Assembly (NCBI GenBank): GCA_047495785.1
Contig: JBLDXI010000019.1
Span: forward strand, 682,001-746,000
Direction of reading: 5' to 3'
Source of the DNA: Lepidodermella squamata
Lineage: Eukaryota > Animalia > Gastrotricha
DNA: 64,000 bases
Position numbers and translations under genes: made by a program. This document shows, piece by piece, positions 50,988 through 62,049 of the stretch (its first letter is position 1; every line of letters begins with the position of its first letter). The notes below the pieces were generated by a model that had not been told where the DNA came from, ran no database searches, and saw only the letters and a list, made by a program, of their open reading frames with translations.

Positions 50988-51443
50988 TATCGACGTCATT
51001 GCCTATGCCCGCGTCGAAGCTATTGATGATGTTTTTGAAAACGCCCTTAAGAACTATGGCTCTCGCTCCATGGCATGCGGCCTTGAGGTGGCTGAATACC
51101 TGAAGTTCGTCGCGGAAATACAGCCTGCCAATGAAACAGCGCGACAAGTGCTTGAAAGCAAATGCCCTGCGTGGCACCTTCGAAACGCAGTAGCTTCCTC
51201 AGCCGCGACAATTGATAGCCGCCAATGGATTTTAATATAACGCTCCAACTACATTGAACGTTTTTACATTGCGAATTCTAATAGACAGCTACGAATGGCA
51301 TGATACCACTTCTACCCTCATTTTATATATTTTTACACTACATACATGATTGTTTTGATACATTTTACTCGTTATGAGGCTCGAGTCAACGCGCCGAGAG
51401 CGTCTATGACGGATGGTGGTACAAATAAAATCCTTCACATGCC
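50988..51443 (+). mobile_element. 5'-truncated copy of the LINE 3' end (matches 59590-60045)
   Basis: About 456 bp in which I see no differences from the end of ORF2 and the 3' UTR of the full-length element. Confidence 0.95.
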
Positions 51444-51769
51444 AAGTGCCGTATGACCATCTCGCAGCTAAATTGAAACCTAGCGAAACAATGCACAGAG
51501 CAGGAATTCCAACAAACTTACACCGGCATATCCGATGTCGGGGCAGCGGTAGGAAACACTAAGCACAGGCGGTGAGCTTTCATCCGTCGCGAACGTGGCT
51601 GGCGAGTGACACATTTTTTGTCTATGAGACCTTAGAATTCCGTGAAATTAATTGTCTTCTGAGGTTCTGGGTTAAGTCATGAAAACTTGGACATGAAACA
51701 ATTTTGACACTCAGCCAGTACATTTTTCGATTTTTGAATAAAACTTAAACTAACACGATAATTTGAAAA

Positions 51770-54328
51770 ATGAAGCTGCTCATTGTTGTAGCAGTCTTGC
51801 TTCAGGCCTCATCTTGCAAAAAGCCATACACCCTTCGCATCCCATTTCTAGCCCCGATAACTGGCTCGGTCACACCTATGGGAGGTGTTTGTACCATCGG
51901 CATTGAAATGCTGGCAAAAATTGTCTATTCTAACGAGAAAATCCTGCCAAACTACAACGTAGTAGTCGATTTCTACGACGATCAGTGCACCAACTATGTC
52001 GGCGTCGAACGCATCATGAAGCACTATTCGGAGTTACTGCCTAACCCTGTATCACCAATCGACAAAATCTACGGAAATTTCATGATTCCTTACAACGCGA
52101 GTCAAAGTGAGGACTTCGTTTCGAACGAAACTATTCTACCGCCAATTCTCTCTGGCTCTGTTTGCTCTGGTGTTTGCAAAACTACAGCGCTATTTATGGG
52201 CGAACTTAGCGTTATAAATGTAAGCTATAAATCGGTCATCCTAATAAATGTGACGTTGATATTTTTAAGGTAGCCTATGGTTGCAATGATCCTAGCATTA
52301 CTCAAAAGCGAGCACAGTATCCTAACTTTTATCGGTATATCCAATCTTTGGAGAAATTTGCGTTGGCTCGGGTTCAATTCATACGTTCAATCGGTTGGAA
52401 ACGAGTTGGTATAATAACCGACGCATTCCTGTATTCTCGGTACGACACTGTTGGCTTGATGAAGAGGCTTCAGGCTTCAAATATCGAAATAATTTCAGAG
52501 CAATTCTACCTCGATGACGCCACAGAGGCAATTAGTCAGCTGAAGGAATCTGGCGCCCGAATTATTTTTGCGAATTGCTACGTCAGCACTTGCCCGTTTC
52601 TGGCATGCGCAGCTTACAAAATCGGCTTCTACGGACCTAAATACGTTTGGATATTGAAATCGGAGGTTAATCTAGCGAATACAGGCCTGCAACGACCAGC
52701 CGGCTGCACGGCTGAGATGCAACTGGCTGTTGCTGAGCGATGTTTCCATATCGGTGTCGACAATGCCGGGGACGCCTATCCGGAATCTGTGATGGAAGTC
52801 GGCCTGAGACATCAGGACTACATCGCGGAGATGAAGCGCAGAATACCCGGTGTCGAGAACTCGCCGCTGTACCCATGGAAAGCTGCATGTATTGAGCAGG
52901 TACATGCAGCTGTGAATATCTTGGACATGGTCGAGAAAAGGCTCAATTTGATCAACTCAACAATCCGTGACTTCTACTACGGCGAGAACCCGATACCGGG
53001 GAACAAAGCGAAACAGGCGCAATTGCGTGAAATGATTCGAGAAGCTGCGATAACCATCGATGTTCGAAGTTTAACGGGTAGAACTGTTCTTGAATCGAGA
53101 TGCGACCTTGAACCTATCTACCCACTTATGGTTAGTCTTCAGGTGCAAAACGGTGTTAGGACGCTAATCACGACCTTCGAACGGTCCTACAATGCAGTCG
53201 ACCGCCAGCTGAGATCTCCGGGCGGTAATTACATCCGGCCAGGTGTTGATGAAGGTCCACAATGAGTTGATCTGGGGCACTCGCGATTCGGAGCCTCCAA
53301 AGAGCCAAGCAACAGTCATCCATACGTTCAATCACGTTGATTTGCCGCTGATCGGAGTTATTTGGACCATTTCTGGCGTCGTCGCTGTTCTGAGTCTGTT
53401 ACTCCTCGCAATTCACGGCTACCTTCGAAACGTCACTGAGCTTCAGTTGAACTCGTCTTTTTTCAACAAATTAGTCGTCATCGGCATTCCGATTTATTCA
53501 GCGACAGTTTTCTTCTTCCCAACAAAGCATGACGTAGAACGAATGCAGTTGTTTTGTTTCGTCTCACCAATTCTTGTCACTGCTGGATTTTGCATGTCGG
53601 GAATTTCGGTTGTTTTCAAGGTTTTGATGGTTTACCTCCAAGACACGAAGGCAATATCAAAAAGCAAAGCAATTTTAGTCGCTAAATCGGGGTATGCCGC
53701 TTGGGTTCTAATGACAAGTGTTGTTTTAATTGCTTGGTACTGCGATTCGCCTCCAAATGGCTGGGACATTGCCACATTGATGCCGAGTTCAGACCCGTTG
53801 GATGACGTTGAACTTCACGAGCATTGGCTACAGTGTTCACTTGGCTCGAATTCGATTTACGTCGCGATTATCATCGGACTTCAGATTTTTGTTCTTCTGC
53901 TAGGCGTTATGATCAGCCTGCTGTCAAAACATCGAAAAATCAGCTTGCGAGTGTTCGGAGCTGTTGATTTGCGAGAAACCCGCCTGGCGACTTTCATCGT
54001 TTTCCCGACTACGATAGCGATTTTGTTGGTCCTTATTGTCAAGTTACCTCTTAGTGCTAAATTCGGGCTGGTTTCGTGTTTCTGTTTGGCTAAGCTCAGC
54101 GCCCTCCTTGGGCTGTTGTTCTTCACGAAAAGAGATGTCTATGCTAGAGGAAGTCAGTCACGGGGGAGTAGACTAGGGTCCTTATTGAGTAAAGGGCTCA
54201 GTGCTAGCGGAAGGACATCAACGCAACCGACGGCCCTTGGAATGACTGTTCGCCATTCTTCTCATGTCACTCTAAATTCGCGCCAGTCTGCTGTTCAATC
54301 TTCATCAAATCTGAAAACCCAGGAATAA
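51770..54328 (+). CDS. GABA-B-like class C GPCR copy 6, one intron (52221-52270) and an apparent frameshift at about 53211-53265
   Basis: ILPNYNVVVDFYDDQC, GSVCSGVC, QYPNFYR, IGWKRVGII, LKESGARIIF, ACAAYKIGFYGPKYVWIL, LIWGTRDSEPP, then 7TM ending LLFFTK. The VFT and 7TM halves are in different frames. Confidence 0.8.
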
Positions 54329-54756
54329 AGTTGAACGAAATCCCGGAAATTCACCTTAAAATAATGACTTTATTTTATTTGAAATTATTATTTTGATGTT
54401 TTGCAATTCATGCTATAGCCCTTATATTGGCAGTTCTAACACTTTACTTATTCATTAGCAACTAGCTATTTTGCTTTTCCTTCACAAATTCGTCGTATAT
54501 TCTTCAAATTGAACGAGGTATAATCTTCCTGTTATAAAGTATATTCCAAGAGATTCGATGCTCGAAAATTCATTCAGCTTTATTGTCACTTTGAATAACA
54601 ATAGGTAAGGTTTCCTAAATCAGGAATTATTACTCTGAAGCAGTGTCTTTATAATTTTCACTGAAAATTTTGAAGCTCAAGTACAGAAAAGCTGTTAAAA
54701 ACGTTCAATAGAGCTCTTATAGGTCTTGCGAGAGGTCCTAAAACCGCTCAACCTTA

Positions 54757-55007
54757 TTAGTATTTCATAAATACAACATAGTTCTGCCTAACGTATATAT
54801 ACAGAAAGATTGAAACGCCGATACAAAGTATTGACACGATAATGGATACGATGTAGTTGATTTGTGACAACGACTTTGATGAACAACATGCAAAACTCGG
54901 CAGAAACGCGCAGATAACGGCTACAGCACAAGCGAGTGTAGTGAACAAGATCACCCCCATTGATACTGCAATGCAAGCCATGATTAATGCAGCGATCTTT
55001 AAGGTTT
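54757..55007 (-). pseudogene. 3' half (hydrophobic C-terminus) of a small membrane-protein gene split by the LINE
   Basis: Removing 55008-60052 joins ...LQNQT|LKIAALIMACIAV... in frame into a single 201-aa ORF. Confidence 0.82.
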
Positions 55008-55173
55008 TTCAACTTAACTTTTATTCTTTTCTAACACTATTCAATAAAATAACATACTGGCACTAAGCCAACTAAATTAACATAGCATTACCTGCTACTC
55101 CCAAACAGTTTCTAAACCTAGGAAGCCGGGCCTAACCTAGCTTCTTCCCCCCTATTTTATTCTAGAAGCCCTG

Positions 55174-56697
55174 ATGAGTCATTTCGAAGGCTCACAGGAA
55201 GCGGATGGTTGGGATTTCCCGAACCAGACTTTCATGGATCAGTCTGTGGAAGAAGCCAGGACGCAATCTTCACCGATTTTCACCAGAACAGGTGCGACGG
55301 GTTCGACAGCGCCGCCCGAGACTGGTTCGAAGACCCGCGGTGGCGTGAAGAGAGCAGGCGCTCAGAATGCTGGACCGACGAACTCGCCGCCCGCAATGAA
55401 GGCCGATTCGAGGCGGGAAGAGAGGCAGCGAGCCATTGAGCGAGCCACCATTGTGTTAGACGACGCCGATCCTTCTTATAAGGACGATGAAAGTGTTGAA
55501 TTAGAGCTTAAGCGAGCTGGAAAAGGTTTGCTGAGAATTCTAAAAATCAAATTTCTGGGCAAAGGTGGCATACGGGTAACTTTTATCACGCCGGAAATGG
55601 CCGAGATGGCGATGAAACGCGACGGCTGGCCGAAAGACGCATTTGGAGGAAAAGTCCGAGTTCACAGGTCAGGGCTCTTCTACAAGCTCTTTCCTGAGCT
55701 AGGACCGCCGCCGGTTGACGCGCAGCAGGTATCTACAAACCCGCAACAGCGAGCAATAGCCGAAGGAAGAGCAGTTTTCTGCCACAACTTTCCGCAATCC
55801 ATCACCGCCGAGCAAATCAAGCTACATTGGGCCGAACACGTGGAGGAAGTTACCGTAATTAGAAAAGACCAGAGATTGACTGTAATGTGCTTCATGAAGA
55901 CGACGGAATTAGCTGCAAAAATAGTCAGTGGAGGCGGCCTGGATTGGAAGGGCATTCGAGCCATCGTTGGGAATGAAGTCAAGCTAAAGCTCAACCCTGA
56001 TCGCTGCAGCAACTGCCAAAGCTTTGATCACACAACAACTGCTTGCAACGCGGAAACAAAGTGTGGCTGGTGTGCTGAGGATCATTTTACCGCCAAATGC
56101 CCAAATCGAAACAAGCTTGAGACCCGACACTGTGCTAACTGTGACGAACCACATGCGGCTGGTTACCACGGCTGCAAGCACGTCAAAGCAGCTTGGTCAA
56201 AAATGGCCAACAAAACTCGTACCGCTATTCACAACATTCTAGGAGAAGCTTCTCAATCGACTATCGAAGGTCCCAAGAAGCTGCCAGCTGCCCCGCCGCC
56301 AACGAGCAACGTCTGGCTCACATTGCAGCATCAGCAGTTGGCCTCTTCTGCACCAAAACCGCCGCCCGGAGCGAAGCCGCCGCTAGCTGCGGCGTCGCTT
56401 ACCGATGATCAGTTCCAAGAGCTGATAGACCGCTTGGTGCCGAAAATTGTCGAGCGAGTCCAAACACAGCTGGCCGACCAAATTCACGCGCTTGTCGAGG
56501 CGCAAAACGCGCAAATACGCCAACTCAACGAACGGTTTGATAGGTTTTTCGCTCAATTGTCTGTTAAGTTTGAAGAGCGAAATACGCTCTTGAACGGCGA
56601 CTACTTTGTCAACGTCGCCAACAAGCAGAGCTCAGGGGTAGGTCATACAGCCGCTGAAAGCAACCAGGGTATGCGACTTTCTACCTCTAAAACATGA
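55174..56697 (+). CDS. LINE ORF1, gag-like nucleic-acid-binding protein
   Basis: Three zinc knuckles (CSNCQSFDHTTTAC, CGWCAEDHFTAKC, CANCDEPHAAGYHGC), an RRM-like segment before them and a C-terminal coiled coil. The stop overlaps the ORF2 start (ATGA). Confidence 0.9.
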   Translation: MSHFEGSQEADGWDFPNQTFMDQSVEEARTQSSPIFTRTGATGSTAPPETGSKTRGGVKRAGAQNAGPTNSPPAMKADSRREERQRAIERATIVLDDADPSYKDDESVELELKRAGKGLLRILKIKFLGKGGIRVTFITPEMAEMAMKRDGWPKDAFGGKVRVHRSGLFYKLFPELGPPPVDAQQVSTNPQQRAIAEGRAVFCHNFPQSITAEQIKLHWAEHVEEVTVIRKDQRLTVMCFMKTTELAAKIVSGGGLDWKGIRAIVGNEVKLKLNPDRCSNCQSFDHTTTACNAETKCGWCAEDHFTAKCPNRNKLETRHCANCDEPHAAGYHGCKHVKAAWSKMANKTRTAIHNILGEASQSTIEGPKKLPAAPPPTSNVWLTLQHQQLASSAPKPPPGAKPPLAAASLTDDQFQELIDRLVPKIVERVQTQLADQIHALVEAQNAQIRQLNERFDRFFAQLSVKFEERNTLLNGDYFVNVANKQSSGVGHTAAESNQGMRLSTSKT

Positions 56698-59600
56698 CCA
56701 TTATAGGGCAGTGGAACAGCGGGCATGGTCAGATTTTCAACCGATTAGCTGAACTCATCTTTATGATTCAAACATTATTTCTCGATATTGTATTAATTAA
56801 CGAAATCTGGCTAGATAACAACCAAATTCTAGAAATTCCAGGTTTTACAGTGTTTCAGGTCGTCAGAGAAAGCCGCTCATCTAATGATGCCAATTACGGA
56901 GGCGTCGCAATAGCTGTTAAAAATAACATTAGGATAATTGATCAATTCTCTTACCGAACTCAGTACAGCGAGTGGTGCGCCGTTAGGGTAGCTGGCAAAA
57001 ATGGCAAGACACTGTTAGTATCAACAGGCTACTGCTCACCGAAAGAGAAGCTTGACACGTCCTTTCTCCAATTGTGTCTGGGCGGAGTTACGGATGCCAA
57101 TGAGCCCTGTCTCTTTGCAGGCGACCTAAATTGCTGGCACCCTCTGCTTTCGGCCCCGGACGACCGGGAAAATCCCTCGGGCACCCGGTTAATCGAATGG
57201 TTGGCTTGTGAGGGTCACACTCTCATCAGCTCGGGCGAGCCAACTCATTTCTCACATACAGGTCGAGGTCGCCAAATCGACATTTGGCTCGCAAATCAAG
57301 CCGCTCTTCCGATGGTCGTGGACGCACCGGCGGTCGAAGACAAATTTGGTAGCGACCATTGCTGCACTCGATTAAATGTGAAATTTTCTAGCTCACCCGA
57401 CATTCCACGCCCTACCACCTCCGAACCTCGGTTTAACTACTATAAAGCGAGCTGGACACAATTTGAAGCTCGGCTCAAATTCTACCTCGAGATTCTTGCT
57501 GCACCGCTGAAACCGAAACCGGGCGACCCTGTCAGCTCTTTGGACGACTATGTCAATGCGATTTTGGACTCCCTGACAAGGGCAGCTAAGGAGACGATTC
57601 CCATGTGCACCGAGGCGACACTGCCGTCGTGGAAACTAACTCCAGAGATTGCAGGCAAGCTGGAACAGCGGAATAGGCTACAGAGGCTTCGAGATCACGC
57701 AGCGAATTCGGCCGACAGAGAACTGCTCAAAGCCGAAATCAATACGCTGAGCAATATCATCAGGCGCCTAGTGCTGAATCAAAAAATCGCCGAGTGCGAA
57801 AAATTTCTCAGGAAAATTGCGAAGCTTTTTAATGAAAGTAAAAGCAGGTCAGCATGGCAGGCCGTCAATTCGAAGCTGTCACGTCGACGCCGCCAGAGGA
57901 AAATTGCCACTCTTCGCAATGCACAAGGTACGAATATTTTAGAAGACAGGGGTAAGGCCGAGCTCTTAGCGGAAACGTTCGGCAAAGTCGCCGAAGGACC
58001 GCCTGTCACTTCAAACAAGGCAGAAGATGTTAAATTCTGGCAGCAGGTCAGCTCTGAGGTGGCGAACGACGACAGCCTGAAGCCGCTCGAGACGATACCG
58101 ACGGACCAGTCAGTTGATGTGCCCAAATGGGCGGTGCGTCAAATGCTCAAAGGTTTGAAGTGGAAGGCCCCTGGGCATGATAACGTTTCAAACGTGCTTT
58201 ATTTATTTATTTATTTAAAGAGCCATAACGCCCAGAAGAGGACAGCTCAGACAAGTGATCAATAGAAAAGTAAAGACAACAACAAAATTGAAAATCGAAA
58301 TAGCATAAATAGTAGACTGATCGGGATCACTATCGAAATCAATGCAATGATCAACATAACATGAAAAATATGAAAATATATGAATATTCAACAATCAGAG
58401 CAGAGCGGCATTAATGTTGTAGTAGTGTAGATAAGCCGCTTCTAAAGCGCGGGGGCTCGCCTCTGGTTAAACACCTGCGATGTCTCTATAAGTTGAGTTT
58501 GAACAGCGGCTACGTACCGTTAGTTTGGAAAATTGCTATTATTGTACCTATTTTGAAAGAAGGGAAAGATTCGCGTCTCCCAGAGTCATATAGGCCCGTG
58601 TCGCTCCTGCCAACGCTGGCCAAAGGTTTGGAAATTATTGTTGCTAAATTTCTATACTATTTTATCGAAAAACACAAACTTCTGCCTGCCCACCAATTCG
58701 GTTTTCGCTCACTTAGGTCCACCATCGATGCAATTTTCCTTTTCATCAGTGATATTGGTATAGCCCTGTCTAAAAAATATAAATTAGTTGCTCTTCTGTT
58801 GGATTTCAAAGCCGCTTTCGACTGCATCTGGCACGATGGTCTTAGGTACAAACTAAAACAGTCTGGTGTTCCTACTTCAATTGTTAGATGGATTTCCGAC
58901 TTCTTAAAAGACAGGTCATTCCGGGTAAGAGTAGGATCCGAACTCAGCGATAGTAAAAATATTTTTTGCGGCGTACCACAGGGGTCGCCTTTGTCTCCTC
59001 TACTTTTTATTTTTTACGCGGCAGAAATGCAGCCAAAGTCTTTCGCCCCGGACGACGGCATGCGCCGAGTTGGGAAGGCGACCTTCGCCGACGACGCGAT
59101 TAATTGGGCATACGGGAAAGACTACGCCTCATGTGTCAAGCGGCTCCAGCGACGCCTCACGGCGACTGAAAAATGGTGCAATCGTTGGCGCTTGAAACTT
59201 AACCCTTGCAAATGTGAGGCGATGATCTTTGGACATTACGGTGGAACACCGCCAACTGTGCTACTTCAGCTCTATGGGCAACCCATTCCTCAAGTGACTA
59301 AGGTGCGATATTTGGGCCTTAACTTAACGCCACAACTGTCGTGGAACTATCATGTTAATTGTATCGCGGCTAAACTTAAGCCCCGCGTCGGTGCCTTGTA
59401 TGGCCTGGCGCGGCGCCATGTCCTCGAAAAGCGGCTGTGTTTGTCTTTTTATAGGACGCTTTTAGAATCTGTTATTATTTACGCGGCGCCCGCGTTTTAC
59501 TGCCAGCCTCCCTCGACAAAACAGCACCTTCTTGATCTACAGGCCCACGCCCTTCGAGCCCTCCTTGACTTGCCCTATGAGACCGACCCTATCGACGTCA

Positions 59601-59842
59601 TTGCCTATGCCCGCGTCGAAGCTATTGATGATGTTTTTGAAAACGCCCTTAAGAACTATGGCTCTCGCTCCATGGCATGCGGCCTTGAGGTGGCTGAATA
59701 CCTGAAGTTCGTCGCGGAAATACAGCCTGCCAATGAAACAGCGCGACAAGTGCTTGAAAGCAAATGCCCTGCGTGGCACCTTCGAAACGCAGTAGCTTCC
59801 TCAGCCGCGACAATTGATAGCCGCCAATGGATTTTAATATAA
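56694..59842 (+). pseudogene. LINE ORF2 (APE endonuclease + reverse transcriptase) interrupted by a 242-bp insertion
   Basis: APE motifs QWN, INEIW, GGVAI, AGDLN, IDIW, GSDH. RT motifs KAPGHD, SYRPVSLL, QFGFR, DFKAAFD, GVPQGSPLSP, FADD, YLG. No RNase H domain seen. Confidence 0.92.
58200..58437 (-). mobile_element. 3' tail of a second non-LTR retroelement inserted antisense in LINE ORF2
   Basis: The minus strand ends ...gggcgttatggctctttaaataaataaataaata, a (TAAA)n tail. It is flanked by GCTT at 58196-58199 and 58438-58441; removal restores VSNVLLKRGG. Confidence 0.8.
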
Positions 59843-60045
59843 CGCTCCAACTACATTGAACGTTTTTACATTGCGAATTCTAATAGACAGCTACGAATGG
59901 CATGATACCACTTCTACCCTCATTTTATATATTTTTACACTACATACATGATTGTTTTGATACATTTTACTCGTTATGAGGCTCGAGTCAACGCGCCGAG
60001 AGCGTCTATGACGGATGGTGGTACAAATAAAATCCTTCACATGCC

Positions 60046-60407
60046 AAGGTTTGGTTCTGCAAATTAGTATCCGGTTGTTGATAAGCTAACTGTGATGCGG
60101 GCACTGTGATGACGTACGGCAACGATGGATCAGTCGTTAACGTTTTCTGTTCAATGAAAGTTGGTCTCGGCTCGTATCTTGTCCTTCTCGTATCTTGCGC
60201 CGATAGTTGCGGGTATCTCAGAGGTACCTGAGAATATGAAATTGGAGTGCTATTAGTCGACGGCGGAGCCCCCAAATTGATCGCGGCCTGTTGTTCGAGA
60301 TAGGAATCATGACCCAGCGTAAGATCAGTGGTCATTTGCTCGGGATAGTGTGGAGGCAAGCTTTGCAGCGCTGAAGGGCGAGTCGATCTTCTCTCCATTT
60401 GATACAT
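60046..60407 (-). pseudogene. 5' half (Pro/Ser/Thr/Gln-rich N-terminus with PPHY) of the LINE-disrupted membrane-protein gene
   Basis: The ORF from ATG 60407 reads through the TSD into LINE antisense sequence and stops at 60006. It is in frame with 54757-55000 once the LINE is removed. Confidence 0.82.
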
Positions 60408-61262
60408 TTTGTCTCCTGATGATGTAAAAAAAAACGTTTTCCATCTCCTTATATATTATTTATTATTACTTTATTACTCATTCGAAGCTGATACATGAGT
60501 AATATCCCTTTTTGCATGCTTTCTTACGTGTGGCCGGCATACCACATCTAAGCACGTTAGAGCCTGTTCAACTTAGACATACTGCTTCCGTCTTCCCTTT
60601 CGGCGTGTGATGGTTATGAATATACCTTATTGTCATCAGCCTCAAATAAATATCAGGGGTTAAAGGTCGTGCATTTTCAGAGGTAGAGGAAAAATAAATC
60701 TCCGGCCAGAAATAAAAGTCATTTCAGTACTGATGACCACATTGGCCGTATCATTCATCCATTTCGATTAGAAATTGCTCTCATTCCAGGCAGATAACGA
60801 TGTCAGGAGTATCTATTAGGCTTAAATCAAAGAGAAATATATGCCATTTTGGTAACTTGGGCTTTAATTTGTCGGATAAATTCAATGACTTGGTTCAGAG
60901 TTCAGATATAAGGCCTATTGCTGAATGTTACAGAGCGAGAAGAAATACAATAAATCACATTCAGCTTCAGGCCCGAAATAATTGGCAGGAGTTGACCGGG
61001 CATTATATTTGGCTGTGACTGAGGACGCTGAGTTCCGCGTTGACCTTATCCGCGATTATTCAATAAAGGAACACCATGCTATTTCAACTTAACTCAACTT
61101 GAGTTTCAGTTAATGACATTTTTATTGCTTTTTTTCTCAATCCGAATCTTGCTTACTTGCAGCCCCCCTAGAAAAGTTAACTATACGAGTCACTTATCTG
61201 CAGGTTTTTACTGAAAATTAAAATTGTATTTAAAACGAATTTAAAAATTGAAATAAGCAATA

Positions 61263-61296
61263 ATTCTGTTATTCTGTTATTCTGTTTATTCTGTTC
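61263..61296. repeat. Short tandem repeat (attctgtt) x about 4
   Basis: attctgtt attctgtt attctgttt attctgtt. Confidence 0.7.
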
Positions 61297-62049
61297 TCTA
61301 TGGTTTCCCAATTATTTTTTGAACAGTGAATATCAATTGTATTTCTTTTCGCAAAATCGTGAATCTTTGTTGTATACGAAAGCAGAAATGCTATTATGTA
61401 TTTAAAATTCCGTTTCTGTAAAGAAACCATATCATCATCAAATAGTGCATTTTATTATTTTATTATATATTATTTATATTATTTATTTTTCAATAAACGT
61501 TGTCGAAAAGATTTGCCGTATTGTCTCGGAGTTACACACAAAAATCTTGGTTTCAATTTTTCAGTCTCCACCATCCTGAGTGAATTTTATTTGCTCAGGA
61601 CTCGTCATGCAACTTGAATAGCAGAAACTATTTGCGGCTGATTTTTACATTTCATGTTTACTTTTCATTTGAATTTTCTTGAAGAAAAAAACGATCAGGC
61701 AGTCGTTTTCGCCTTCAAAACTTCAACACATTGTCTAATTAAAAATCAGCGAGACGTTGCAAGTAAGAAATCTACCGACCTATAATTATTGTTTTTTCGC
61801 GCGAAAATGCGCTAACAATCCGCAAACAACAAAGTATTCGCGCAATTTTTGCGTATTTGCTAAAGCGCGCAAAATTTTTCGCGCTCTCAGCCAGTGTCAA
61901 CAAGGTGCGCGACAGCGTCGGTTCCTGTTTGAAGCTGCGCCCTGCCGATAGATATACCTAACAACAGTAAATAAAATACATCACCACTTCGTGTCTGTAT
62001 ATTTCAGTTTCATAAATACAGTCCACCTCAAAAAAAATTAGCGAGAAAT

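Larger units (their letters stand above)
55008..60045 (+). mobile_element. Full-length non-LTR retrotransposon (Jockey/I-group-like LINE) with 7-bp TSD AAGGTTT
   Basis: TSD at 55001-55007 and 60046-60052; gag-like ORF1; APE+RT ORF2; AATAAA near the 3' end. Confidence 0.93.

Noticed and set aside
50667-51240. ORFs of 119-125 aa suggesting a new gene
   Set aside because: They are chance read-ins to the truncated LINE ORF2 fragment.
42640-60430. Acceptor-like AGs just upstream of several start codons (42642, about 60415) as evidence of spliced-leader trans-splicing
   Set aside because: Equally explained by ordinary 5' UTR introns; cannot be resolved without transcripts.
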